Positions 46,260 through 55,724 of a stretch of 64,000 bases of DNA are shown here, piece by piece. The stretch is from NCBI GenBank assembly GCA_016193365.1, contig JACPSI010000017.1, positions 8,679 through 72,678 of the forward strand, in the 5' to 3' direction. Origin of the DNA: Ignavibacteriales bacterium (GTDB taxonomy: Bacteria > Bacteroidota > Ignavibacteria > UBA10030). The notes under the pieces are model-generated. The model saw only the letters and a program-made list of their open reading frames with translations. It ran no database searches and was not told the DNA's origin. Both the position numbers and the translations under genes were made by a program. Positions within the stretch are counted from its first letter, which is position 1. Each line of letters begins with the position of its first letter.

Positions 46260-48281
46260 CTAACCATTTTTTGTCGTTGCCTCGAAAAGAATTTCTGCAA
46301 CATCCTTCACTTGAACTTTCTCCGCCGCGTCTTTTGCCTTGACTCCATCTGTCATCATCGTCATACAGAACGGGCACGCCGTGCCGATGACATCCGGCTT
46401 GAGGCTCAGTGCTTCTTCCGTTCGCTCAATATTCACCCGCTTCCCCTCCCGTTCTTCCATCCACATCCTACCGCCGCCAGCTCCGCAACAGAATCCCTTG
46501 CTTCGAGACCGCTGCATTTCAACAAGGTCAGTCCCGGGAACGGACTCGAGGACCTTTCTTGGCTGGTCATAGACATCGTTGTAGCGCCCGAGATAGCACG
46601 AGTCATGGAACGTGATCGTTCTTGCTTCTTCTTTCGACACTTTGATTCGGCCTTCATTCAGAAGTTTCACCAGAAAATCAGTGTGGTGGACAACGTTGTA
46701 GGTTCCGCCGAACTGCGGGTATTCATTTCTAAGAGTGTTAAAGCAATGCGGACAGGAGGTCACGATCGTCTTCACGCTGTAACGATTCATCGTTTGCACG
46801 TTTTCCTTCATGAGAATCTGCGCAAGATACTCGTTACCGATTCTCCGGGCCGGATCTCCCGTGCATTTTTCCTCTGTTCCGAGAATTGCGAATTTGATTC
46901 CTGCCTGCTGCATCAGGCTCGCAAACGCCTGGGTTACTTTCTTGTATCGGTTGTCATACGATCCCGCACATCCAACCCAAAAGAGCACCTCTGCATCCTG
47001 GGCGTTCGCCATTGTTGGAATATTCATTCCGTCTGCCCAGTCAGCCCTCGCTGAAGCCGGAAAAGCCCACGGCGTAAAATTGTTTTCGAGGTTCTTGAAC
47101 ACCACTTGTACTTCAGGCGGAAAGTTTGATTCCATGAGCACGAGGCTGCGTCGCATTTCGACAATGGAATCGACATGCTCGATGTTGACCGGGCATTCCT
47201 GGACACACGCCATGCATGTCGTGCATGCAAAGAGCTCGTCGGCGGTGATATAATCATGGAGCAACGTCTTGTCCCCGGGCGATTTTTCCTCTTGCCGGCT
47301 TTTTTCCGATTCTCGTCCGCCATCCAATATCATTGTTCCTTTTTCCTCAAGCCTTCTGCGAATGTCAACAATGATCTTTTTTGGCGAAAGGATTTTACCT
47401 GTCGCGTTTGCGGGACACGCCGCAGTGCACCTGCCGCATTCGGTGCACGTGTAGCCATCCAGCAGTTGCTTCCACGTGAGATCCTCGATATCGCTAGCGC
47501 CGAATCTTTCCACGCCCTCGGCTTCGAGGTTGATTGGCTTTAACGCACCCCTCGGTTGGAGAGAGGTAAAATACACGTTAGGTACTGATGTCAAAACGTG
47601 AAGATGCTTTGAATACGGCAGATAATTCAGAAAGCCTAGCACGAGCAGAATGTGAATCCACCAAAAAACGTCGCCAAGAACCTCAACCGTTGTGCCGTCA
47701 AAGGACAAAAACAGGGGCATGAGTTCACCCGAGAGAAAGCGCGCCTGAGCAAGATCCGGATCCCCAAGAAGCATTCGTGTCGCGTTTTGTCCAAGCATGC
47801 TGAGGCAAATGAGCATGATAGCGACAAGGATTGCCGTCGCGTCTATTTGGCCGTGACGGTCAACCTGAAGCCGCTTCGGTTTTGTAACATATCTGCGATA
47901 GAGCGCAACTAGGACGGAAAGAACCACGAGCCCTGCAAAAAGATCCTGGAAAAACGCAATGAGCTCATACGTGCTCACACCGATGAAGAGCAAGGAGAAA
48001 CCGGGAATAAGACCTTCGCCGATGGATTCAATCACAGCTGTCAGGAGAATGATAAAGCCCCAATAAATAAAGAAGTGCAACATTCCGGCGAGGGGCTCTC
48101 TCATTAATTTTGACTGGGCAAACGCAACGACCAAAACATTTTTCAGCCGTTCGCCAATGTTGTCAAAACGATTTTCAGGCTTCCCGAGTTGGAGATGAAG
48201 AATGAGGCGGCGAACGCCGTAGAAGAAAAATCCGAGAGAGGCTGCGAAAATGAAAAGAAAGACGATATTCCTGGTTGTCAT
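46260..48281 (-). CDS. Membrane Fe-S oxidoreductase (FadF/HdrDE-like: TM + 2x4Fe-4S + CCG domains)
   Basis: SKHLH, CTECGRC...CP, CTTCMAC...CP, HDSCYLGR and CCGAGGG. Confidence 0.9.
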   Translation of the reverse strand: MTTRNIVFLFIFAASLGFFFYGVRRLILHLQLGKPENRFDNIGERLKNVLVVAFAQSKLMREPLAGMLHFFIYWGFIILLTAVIESIGEGLIPGFSLLFIGVSTYELIAFFQDLFAGLVVLSVLVALYRRYVTKPKRLQVDRHGQIDATAILVAIMLICLSMLGQNATRMLLGDPDLAQARFLSGELMPLFLSFDGTTVEVLGDVFWWIHILLVLGFLNYLPYSKHLHVLTSVPNVYFTSLQPRGALKPINLEAEGVERFGASDIEDLTWKQLLDGYTCTECGRCTAACPANATGKILSPKKIIVDIRRRLEEKGTMILDGGRESEKSRQEEKSPGDKTLLHDYITADELFACTTCMACVQECPVNIEHVDSIVEMRRSLVLMESNFPPEVQVVFKNLENNFTPWAFPASARADWADGMNIPTMANAQDAEVLFWVGCAGSYDNRYKKVTQAFASLMQQAGIKFAILGTEEKCTGDPARRIGNEYLAQILMKENVQTMNRYSVKTIVTSCPHCFNTLRNEYPQFGGTYNVVHHTDFLVKLLNEGRIKVSKEEARTITFHDSCYLGRYNDVYDQPRKVLESVPGTDLVEMQRSRSKGFCCGAGGGRMWMEEREGKRVNIERTEEALSLKPDVIGTACPFCMTMMTDGVKAKDAAEKVQVKDVAEILFEATTKNG

Positions 48282-49204
48282 GACGGCAGGCACAGAGTCG
48301 AATCCAGAATTGTGACCGCCTCGCCAACAATGGATACATTTTCGACGAAGGAATCCCCGGCTTTCACGCGAATCTTCACGCGCCCAGGACGCCCAATTTC
48401 GTCACCCTGTTCACCGACGAATTCAACGCGACCGTCAGCGAGTGATCTAGAAAAAACACTTCTCCCGGCAGGCAGCACATACTGCTGCAGATATACTCCA
48501 AGCGGACCGTTTGCAGAACCTGTGACAGGGTCTTCGTCAATCCCGACAGGGGATGCAAAAAACCGCGAATGCACTGAGGATTCCCTGTCTACGGTTTCGA
48601 GACAGAACACACAGACGGCAATGACCTTCAACTTCCTCAGGTTCTTATCGAGCTCACGAAAATCTGGTTTGATGGCCTTTATGGTCGAGAGCCGTCGTAC
48701 AGGGACGTATAAAAAAGAGTCGCTGACAATGGGAAGTTTTCTTTCAATGTCTGTCTGCCTGAGCCCAATTGACTTGAGGACTTGCGGGGAGATTTTCTTC
48801 GTTTTGAATTTGGGCACGGGAAGTTCAAACTCAACGCTCGTGCCGAGAAAATTCTTCTCAACTTTGACATTCAACACGCCGCTCTTCGTTTGAAGCCTGA
48901 AATAATGCTGGCCTTCCGGTTTCAATCCAGCGAGGCCTTCTTCTGCGAGAGCATGAAAACTTGCAATGGTCGCATGGCCGCACAACGGAACCTCAGCTGC
49001 CGGGGTGAACCATCTGATTTGAATATCCGCGTCCTTCATTGTCGGACGCAGCACGAATGCAGTCTCCGACAGGTTCTTCTCCCGTGCGATGGACTGCATT
49101 TCTTTGTCAGTGAGTCCGTCGGCTTCCATGACGACTCCGGCGGGATTGCCGGCGAACGCTCTGGAGGTAAAAGCATCTATGTGTTTGATGCGAATCGTCT
49201 TCAT
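48278..49204 (-). CDS. PhzF family isomerase/epimerase
   Basis: DAF....F.GNPA, SETAF, EVPLCGHAT and EDPVTGSA. Confidence 0.9.
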   Translation of the reverse strand: MKTIRIKHIDAFTSRAFAGNPAGVVMEADGLTDKEMQSIAREKNLSETAFVLRPTMKDADIQIRWFTPAAEVPLCGHATIASFHALAEEGLAGLKPEGQHYFRLQTKSGVLNVKVEKNFLGTSVEFELPVPKFKTKKISPQVLKSIGLRQTDIERKLPIVSDSFLYVPVRRLSTIKAIKPDFRELDKNLRKLKVIAVCVFCLETVDRESSVHSRFFASPVGIDEDPVTGSANGPLGVYLQQYVLPAGRSVFSRSLADGRVEFVGEQGDEIGRPGRVKIRVKAGDSFVENVSIVGEAVTILDSTLCLPS

Positions 49205-49623
49205 GTGTTTCCCATGAGCTGGACCACGATTTCACGTTTTCGGGCCCTTGTGTCGAAGTCAATCAGCACGATTTGTTGCCATGTTCCGAGCAGTAATTCA
49301 CCTTTTGAAAATGGGACGGTGAGCGACGGGCCCATCATCGACGCCCTGACGTGCGAGTGGCCATTCCCGTCGTGCCATGTTTCGTTGTGGTGGTACGTGA
49401 TACTTTGAGGCGCGAGGCGTTCCATGGCTGCCGGAATATCTTTGATCAAACCAGGCTCGTATTCCGTTGTGGTGACGGAGGCCGTCGACCCGCTGACGAA
49501 CACCGTAACGTTTCCTTCCTTCAGTTTGCTCTTTGCCACGAAAGATGAAATCTGAGGAGTAATATCAATGATATCTGAGTTTCCTCGCGTAGCGACGGAT
49601 AGATGTTCCGTTATTATTTCCAC
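49201..49623 (-). CDS. YjbQ/UPF0047 family protein
   Basis: DIT, E.EPGL, Y.H...DGNGHSH and LGTWQ. Confidence 0.9.
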   Translation of the reverse strand: MEIITEHLSVATRGNSDIIDITPQISSFVAKSKLKEGNVTVFVSGSTASVTTTEYEPGLIKDIPAAMERLAPQSITYHHNETWHDGNGHSHVRASMMGPSLTVPFSKGELLLGTWQQIVLIDFDTRARKREIVVQLMGNT

Positions 49624-50480
49624 AGGCGCAATGCCGAGAGAATGTGCTGATCTTTGATGAAATACACGCGGTGGCCTTTGATGAAAAACGAGTCCGGTGC
49701 CGGCGCCTTTGCACCGCGTACGAGGAGGTCGGAATACACCTTGTGGTTCTTCTCAATGTCGACAATCTCCAGGTGATTCTCCAACAATATCGAATCGGCC
49801 GTCGAACTCATTGTCTCCGCGTGGTAATTAAAAAGCAGGAATTCTTTTTCCCGGACAAACTCGATATTTCCGTGGATTTGCGTATTCCTGGTCGCTTTTT
49901 TGACCGTTTCCACTATCCGAGGTTCGACCTTATTGAGATCCAGAATTTCCGGAAACCTGTATTCATCCTGGCGCTGTTCTTTTGTGGAGAGCTCGCGTAC
50001 CGCATGAAGTTCCTCAAGGCTTTCGGCATACTCTTGCAGTACTTCTCCTGAGTTTAAGTCCAACGAATAACCTATCCGCCGCTCAAACATCGTTTTGTAT
50101 GCATACACAGAATTCTGATAGCCGAACCAGAACGTCATGTCCTTCTTGTGCCACAGGAGTCGGGCAGTTTCAAGGTCATATGCGCGAATCCCCCTGTGTT
50201 CAGGGAGATCCGGTTTGGCAAACTCGTGCAGAAGCAGGATATCCTTTTGGACGGCTTCCATGCCGACCCACCACGGCTCATCAAGCTTCAGCTCAGCCCA
50301 GATATGATTTCCCGTCGCTTCATCGAGACAAAAAAACGAAGCTTGTTTTGTTTGTTCATTGCGGTTTTCTCCGACAATGCGGCCGTTTTCAGCGAAAAGC
50401 AGGCGCCAAATCGTGGAACCCGAATCGTAGGACCAATCGAGGGTCTGCTTGTGAGTCGAAAAGAAGGAAAGGATTTTCAT
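49614..50480 (-). CDS. DUF4905-like beta-propeller protein
   Basis: IWR, EPWW.G, P.H.GI and DSFF motifs. Confidence 0.65.
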   Translation of the reverse strand: MKILSFFSTHKQTLDWSYDSGSTIWRLLFAENGRIVGENRNEQTKQASFFCLDEATGNHIWAELKLDEPWWVGMEAVQKDILLLHEFAKPDLPEHRGIRAYDLETARLLWHKKDMTFWFGYQNSVYAYKTMFERRIGYSLDLNSGEVLQEYAESLEELHAVRELSTKEQRQDEYRFPEILDLNKVEPRIVETVKKATRNTQIHGNIEFVREKEFLLFNYHAETMSSTADSILLENHLEIVDIEKNHKVYSDLLVRGAKAPAPDSFFIKGHRVYFIKDQHILSALRLWK

Positions 50481-50775
50481 AGCGGCTTGATTTCGGCGTC
50501 AACGTACCGAAATTTTGAGGAAGATTCAAGAATCAAAAAGACATCTTGGACGGCGACAAGGTCCACAACCGCTTTGGGCTAAGAAGAAGGAAGGAGCAAA
50601 AGGAGAACTCTATGTGCTAGCTATGCTGTCGTGCGCGATCCTTTCAGGCTTCATCAGAAAATTTTTGACTTCTGACAAAAACAGGAAACGAGCGAAACTC
50701 GACTATGCTTCACATTTGGGAATCCCCATCGATTCATCCAACAATCTCTTTATCCATCCACCGCCGATTTTCCGT

Positions 50776-51180
50776 CTACTCCATCGCCATCTGGTTAATC
50801 GCATCCCACCAGATTTTTGTCACGGGAACAACAGAAAGCCGGCTGATGCGGACGAGCAGGAAATCCTTGAACATCTTTTCTGCTTTGATTTCGGCAAGCG
50901 TGACCGGCCGCGGTAGTTTTACCTTTGGCTTGATGTCTATCACCGTCAACGTCTTATCTTTGGGGTCCGGATATGGCTCGCTCACAATCTGTGCCAGGCC
51001 AACGACGGCTTTTTCATCCCCCGTGTGATAAATAAAAGCGAGATCCCCCTTGTTCATCAAGCCGATATTGCGAAGCGCAACGGGATTCATGACGCCATTC
51101 CAGGTGGTCTTCTTTTCTTTTACAAGATCGGCGTATGAGTATGTGGAGGGCTCAGTTTTCAACAGCCAGTAATTGGGCAT
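50776..51180 (-). CDS. EVE domain protein
   Basis: YWLLKTEP, W.GV.N, GD.AF.YH and RLSV.PV. Confidence 0.92.
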   Translation of the reverse strand: MPNYWLLKTEPSTYSYADLVKEKKTTWNGVMNPVALRNIGLMNKGDLAFIYHTGDEKAVVGLAQIVSEPYPDPKDKTLTVIDIKPKVKLPRPVTLAEIKAEKMFKDFLLVRISRLSVVPVTKIWWDAINQMAME

Positions 51181-53086
51181 AGCTATGCTTCCTTGAGGAA
51201 TTATGAATTTCAACCAGTTCTACCTTGATCAAGCCTCTGAGCGCATTGCACAAGAAAAGTTCATCCGCTGCGAACAGGTCACGCACAAGTAACACTTTCT
51301 CTTCAGGACTGATTCCCTTACGCCCGAGCAGGTGTTCACGGTAAATTCCGGCTAAAACCCCGCAGCTTAGCGGTGGAGTGTAGAATCTGCCGTCTTTCCG
51401 AATAATGACGTTCGACCTGGCACCTTCTGTTACCTCATCCCGCTCGTTCAGAAAGATGAAGTCGAAAACGCCTGAAGTCTCTGCCCGACGCACGTAGTCA
51501 TCATAGATATCCCTGTTGGTCGTCTTGTGGAAGAAGAATCGATTCCCGGAATTCGTGCCCGTTTGAGAGATTGCGACGCGTTGCACACCCGTCAGGGGCC
51601 GGAGTTTAGAATACTCGACGTCAACAGCTCCATTTCTTGAAAGTGTTAACTTCACGCGGTATGGTCCCGCGTTCGACTGTCTTCGAATACCTTTTTCACA
51701 CCGGCCAAGTGCCTCTTTGATTTCCGGAAGCCGGAACCTAAAATCAAAATATTCCGCTGAGCGTCTCATCCTCCGCAGATGGAGGCGCAAAAACTGCAGC
51801 CCGTCGCGGCGATCCCACCTGATTGTTTCAAAAAGTTTGAATTCCAAGGAGGGCTCTGTGACAAACTTTGCCTTCAGGATGCATTCACGGTATTCTTCCT
51901 CCGGGATGGAATCGTGCACAATGCCGCTCCCAACACCCATTTCGCCTGTTTTCTTCAGGTTGTCCAAGACAAGTGTCCTTATCGCAACATTAAAAACAGC
52001 CTTCCCGTGTGGCGAGAAAAAACCGATCGCTCCGGTGTAGACGCCGCGCGGTTCCCGTTCAAGCTCCTGGATAATTTGCATTGTCCTTATTTTGGGGGCT
52101 CCGGTTACGGAACCGCTGGGGAAAAGTGCTAACAGGATATCTTGTGCCAGCCAGTCTTTGCGAAGCTTTGCGCGAATCATTGAGGTTGCCTGGAAAACGG
52201 TGTCGTATTTTTCGACCTCAAACAATTTAGAGACCTTCACACTTCCAGTTTCAGCCACTTTTCCAACATCGTTTCTTAACAGGTCCACAATCATCAGGTT
52301 TTCCGCTCGATTTTTTTCTGAGCGTCTCAAATCGGAAATTCTTTGAACATCCTCCTCCGGATTCCTCCCGCGTGCCGAAGTCCCCTTCATGGGCTTCAGC
52401 CAAATCTGGCTCCCTTCAACGCGAAAGAACAACTCGGGTGAAAAAGAAAGTACGCTGGTATTTTCCAGTCCCAGAAAAGCGCTATAAGGAACATGTTGTT
52501 CATTGCGAATCCGGCAGTAAAGGGCGCCGGGGTCTCCAGAGAAATCGAATCTGAGCTTAAAGGTGTAATTGACCTGATACGTGTCTCCTTCCCGGATGTA
52601 ATGCCCGATCTTCCCGACAGCCGAAATGTAGTCAGACTTAGAGATTGAAGCACGTAAATCGGAAATGCCTGACGACTGTGCATAGGCGCCCGGCGGTTCA
52701 GGGACAAGATTCTCTTTCCCGCCAAACTGCTTCTTTCTGTGGTCGTAAACGATTGGGCTGTCGTATACGCCGAACCAGAGATAGGGGCCATCCGAACGAC
52801 GAGAAGAGGGCAACGATTGTACAAAAGCAAAACCCGCCTCATAGGAGATGAATCCCGCCGCATGGTGGCCGCTGCTCAGTGCCTCATCGATACGCCGCAA
52901 GCCTGACTCCACCATTTCCAGAGAATCTGCGCGGATGATGTCCACCGGATTCAGGAAAATGTAACTATGTTTGTCATCCGCTCCGGGCCGTGTGTTTTCG
53001 AGAATGACGGAATTCGGCACCGACCCCGCAAAACGCATCAGGTCAATTGAAAAAAATCCGTTCTTGTCTGTGCGCGCGGAAAACAA
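51152..53086 (-). CDS. pabB: Aminodeoxychorismate synthase component I fused to an ADC lyase (class IV aminotransferase) domain
   Basis: YQVN, SPELF, PMKGT, ENLMIVDL.RND and GSVTGAPK; C-terminal H..R, HKTT.R and EG..SN. Confidence 0.9.
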   Translation of the reverse strand: MFSARTDKNGFFSIDLMRFAGSVPNSVILENTRPGADDKHSYIFLNPVDIIRADSLEMVESGLRRIDEALSSGHHAAGFISYEAGFAFVQSLPSSRRSDGPYLWFGVYDSPIVYDHRKKQFGGKENLVPEPPGAYAQSSGISDLRASISKSDYISAVGKIGHYIREGDTYQVNYTFKLRFDFSGDPGALYCRIRNEQHVPYSAFLGLENTSVLSFSPELFFRVEGSQIWLKPMKGTSARGRNPEEDVQRISDLRRSEKNRAENLMIVDLLRNDVGKVAETGSVKVSKLFEVEKYDTVFQATSMIRAKLRKDWLAQDILLALFPSGSVTGAPKIRTMQIIQELEREPRGVYTGAIGFFSPHGKAVFNVAIRTLVLDNLKKTGEMGVGSGIVHDSIPEEEYRECILKAKFVTEPSLEFKLFETIRWDRRDGLQFLRLHLRRMRRSAEYFDFRFRLPEIKEALGRCEKGIRRQSNAGPYRVKLTLSRNGAVDVEYSKLRPLTGVQRVAISQTGTNSGNRFFFHKTTNRDIYDDYVRRAETSGVFDFIFLNERDEVTEGARSNVIIRKDGRFYTPPLSCGVLAGIYREHLLGRKGISPEEKVLLVRDLFAADELFLCNALRGLIKVELVEIHNSSRKHSYAQLLAVEN

Positions 53087-53147
53087 TGGAAGTAACTCTC
53101 AGTTGAGTAAGAAGTTTTGGATTCCGTTAGAATCACGGAGGTCTTTA

Positions 53148-53345
53148 CTAACTCACATCCGACCGTTCGGGAATAATGAACCAACCAATGATGTAGCCGA
53201 TGAGAAACGGGAAAATACCCGTCCCCAGACCAAAGACGATGACCATGAGCCTGATGATTGTCGGGTCGACATCCAGGTATTCCCCGAGGCCGCCGCAGAT
53301 TCCCGCGATCTTCCTATCTTTTTGCGAACGATAGAGTTTTTTCAT
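53148..53345 (-). CDS. PspC domain protein
   Basis: KKLYRS..DR.IAGICGGLGEY..VDPT..R. Confidence 0.9.
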   Translation of the reverse strand: MKKLYRSQKDRKIAGICGGLGEYLDVDPTIIRLMVIVFGLGTGIFPFLIGYIIGWFIIPERSDVS

Positions 53346-54154
53346 TTTTGTTGGACCTCAAATGTCACGGAAGCCCACCAGCTTTCCCAATCCGCATCCT
53401 TATCGTTTGCGACGGGAAGCATATGAACGGTTCTGACAAGCCACGGGCCTCCGTGCGTAAGCCTTATGTAAACGATTCCCTGTTCGTTCGTCCTGGCGGA
53501 TTGTGCGTATGTGTCTGCTTTCTTCGTCGCCCCTGCATACGTCGAAGAAATCAGGGCATTCGACTGCGGTTTGCCTTGAAACAAAAGCTGCACTCTGAGG
53601 GAATCTCCAACTTGTTTGACGTAGGGATTTTCCAACGGCACCAATTCAATGTGTTGGCCTACAACTTTGGAGAGGGCCTCTGAGTTCCCCAATCCATTGT
53701 GAACGAGCGTCTTCACAAAGCGAGAATAGCGCTCCCTGCCGTTCTTGTTTTCTTCACCCCGTTCTTTTCGCATTTTCAGAATATGGTCGAGCCCTTCCGA
53801 CTCGAGATAATGACTGAATTGATCCGGCTTGAGTTCGATCAATCTTGCAGCCCAGTCTAATGCAAACATGTTCAATCCCAATCCTTCGATTGACACGATA
53901 ACGCCGGATGAATCTTTTTCAGGTTCTTTCTTCCTCAAATCGGCCATGCTGGAGCCAAAGCGATGTTCGAATCTCAAGACACGAGACGCGCTCCATTTCA
54001 CGGCGTTTCCAGGAAACACGTCATCAACATGAATCGCGATCTTGACTTTCCCTTTTTCGTTAATAGAAAACGGGGATGGGAAGAGAAAAAAATCATGCCC
54101 CAGCAGGGAAGAAGTCATAAATATGGTGAGGACACTCATTTGCAGGAGTTTCAT
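53342..54154 (-). CDS. DUF4198 domain protein (exported, often metal-uptake associated)
   Basis: Signal peptide then HDFFL.P; E.Y.RF.K, ELVP..NP, LF.GKP and T...G. Confidence 0.82.
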   Translation of the reverse strand: MKLLQMSVLTIFMTSSLLGHDFFLFPSPFSINEKGKVKIAIHVDDVFPGNAVKWSASRVLRFEHRFGSSMADLRKKEPEKDSSGVIVSIEGLGLNMFALDWAARLIELKPDQFSHYLESEGLDHILKMRKERGEENKNGRERYSRFVKTLVHNGLGNSEALSKVVGQHIELVPLENPYVKQVGDSLRVQLLFQGKPQSNALISSTYAGATKKADTYAQSARTNEQGIVYIRLTHGGPWLVRTVHMLPVANDKDADWESWWASVTFEVQQK

Positions 54155-54451
54155 AAGATGCCTTTCTCTTTTATTTGGCCCCGAGTTTAGGACTTTCGAT
54201 TGACCTGTGAGGTTGGATTTCATTTCCATTGTTGAAACGGACATCTCCCACGAGGGAGGGATCAGGAACCTTTGCCTGTACGGTGGCAATCTTCCAAAAG
54301 TTTTGAGCGCTCATGTTCGTACTGAAAATTGGAAAAGGGACGTCCATACCTTTCTCATTCTCGCGGAATGCATAGATTTCTAGAACGATCGTATGAAAGA
54401 ATTTTCTCAAATTCGCAAGATACAGGTCGGCGGATATGACATTCAAAAATT

Positions 54452-54721
54452 CTACAACATTTGTCTCTTTTGGACAATGGATTCATCCGCATAATAATGG
54501 TCGGACAGTGTTCGTTTGTAAAGCCAGATGATCACCGGCAACATGAAAAGCCAGAAGACGATCATGATCTGGGCCGCGATGTCACCGCGATACGATATCC
54601 AGTAGATTCCCAGGGCGCCGGTTCCCAGGTATACGACGCCCACAAACCAGAAAAACCCTGGCTCCATCCACCACACAAGACGTTTTTTGATAGGATTAAG
54701 CTGCCAGTTGCTTAAGCGCAT
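54452..54721 (-). CDS. Small two-TM hypothetical membrane protein
   Basis: Two hydrophobic segments; co-oriented directly after the dinB-like gene. Confidence 0.5.
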   Translation of the reverse strand: MRLSNWQLNPIKKRLVWWMEPGFFWFVGVVYLGTGALGIYWISYRGDIAAQIMIVFWLFMLPVIIWLYKRTLSDHYYADESIVQKRQML

Positions 54722-54732
54722 AGTCACAATCC

Positions 54733-55221
54733 TTAGAGGTTGTAAAACTTCAGGTCGACGCCCTTCCGTAATTTTGTAATATAAATAATCTGCCCCACAT
54801 GACCCGAAAAATGTTCGACGACATGCAGGATCGCTTCAAGGCAAGTCACGTCATATTTCTGGATGTGCCGTTTCTCCAACAACCTGGAAGTATCAAAATG
54901 TTGTAGCGTTTTATCCACCTCCTGGAGAGTTGCCTCGAGTTTTTGCAGGAGCTCAGCCTTCGGCAGAGTTTTTCGTTCGTCGAACTCCTCCTGACGTTTT
55001 CTCGTATCCATTGCCCCGCCGACCCCCGAAACGATCCATTGCCTGACATTGCCGGAAAGATGAAGCAGCAGGTTGCCAATGCTGTTATCCGTTTCATGTG
55101 CGCGCCACCAGATGTCATCGTCGCTCAACTCTTCCACGCAGCGCCGGATTCTCGGAAAATATTCCTGCAACAACTTCCTTCTGCTGAAATCGATCAGTTC
55201 TTTTTCGAGGCTAGTATTCAT
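54733..55221 (-). CDS. DinB/DUF1572 family protein
   Basis: NSIGNLLLHL.GN, R.R..EF and H..EH...H.GQI. Confidence 0.85.
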   Translation of the reverse strand: MNTSLEKELIDFSRRKLLQEYFPRIRRCVEELSDDDIWWRAHETDNSIGNLLLHLSGNVRQWIVSGVGGAMDTRKRQEEFDERKTLPKAELLQKLEATLQEVDKTLQHFDTSRLLEKRHIQKYDVTCLEAILHVVEHFSGHVGQIIYITKLRKGVDLKFYNL

Positions 55222-55642
55222 GTGCGTTGACTTTTCTGAGTTTTTTCTTTTCACCAACCTTTTTCTTGCGTTGTATCCGTGTCTCCTTCGATTGACGCGT
55301 CGCCTTCGTTTTCACTCTTTTCTTCTTCGGCTTTAGCGCATGTTGCAATAATCGAACGAATTTCTCAATTGCATTCTTCTTGTTTTGCCATTGACTGCGA
55401 GATTCCTGGGAAACAACGTGTAAACGCCCTTCGCCATCGATTTTTGATTTGAGATGTTCCCTGATAGCCAATTTGTGGGTATCCCTAAGGCTGCCGCTGT
55501 TCGCTATATTGAAAACCAACTCGACACGCGTTTCAAGTTTATTGACATTCTGGCCGCCAGGGCCTCCGCTTCTCGAAGTGATGAATTCAAGCTCCGACAA
55601 GGGGATAACGATTTCGTTGTTGATGGGGAACCGTTCGATCAT
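55211..55642 (-). CDS. arfB: Alternative ribosome rescue peptidyl-tRNA hydrolase ArfB
   Basis: RSGGPGGQNVNK, RSQ..N and basic C-tail. Confidence 0.93.
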   Translation of the reverse strand: MIERFPINNEIVIPLSELEFITSRSGGPGGQNVNKLETRVELVFNIANSGSLRDTHKLAIREHLKSKIDGEGRLHVVSQESRSQWQNKKNAIEKFVRLLQHALKPKKKRVKTKATRQSKETRIQRKKKVGEKKKLRKVNAHEY

Positions 55643-55656
55643 AGCCTCCAGAAGAT

Positions 55657-55686
55657 AAAAAAAACGCCGGACTTTCGCCCGGCGCC
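55657..55686 (-). terminator. Intrinsic terminator after the S9 peptidase
   Basis: Minus strand CGCCGGGC-GAAA-GTCCGGCG plus T8. Confidence 0.85.
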
Positions 55687-55724
55687 ATTTCCATTAATCA
55701 ACAATCCTCTTCACTCACTCCAAG

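Noticed and set aside
50630-50665. Hammerhead ribozyme (CTGATGA on the minus strand) or group II intron start (GTGCG)
   Set aside because: No GAAA after a stem II, no stem III, and no domain V or RT gene
48278-53086. Phenazine biosynthesis (PhzF plus a chorismate enzyme)
   Set aside because: The chorismate enzyme is a PabB-PabC fusion, and no phzA/B/D/G is present
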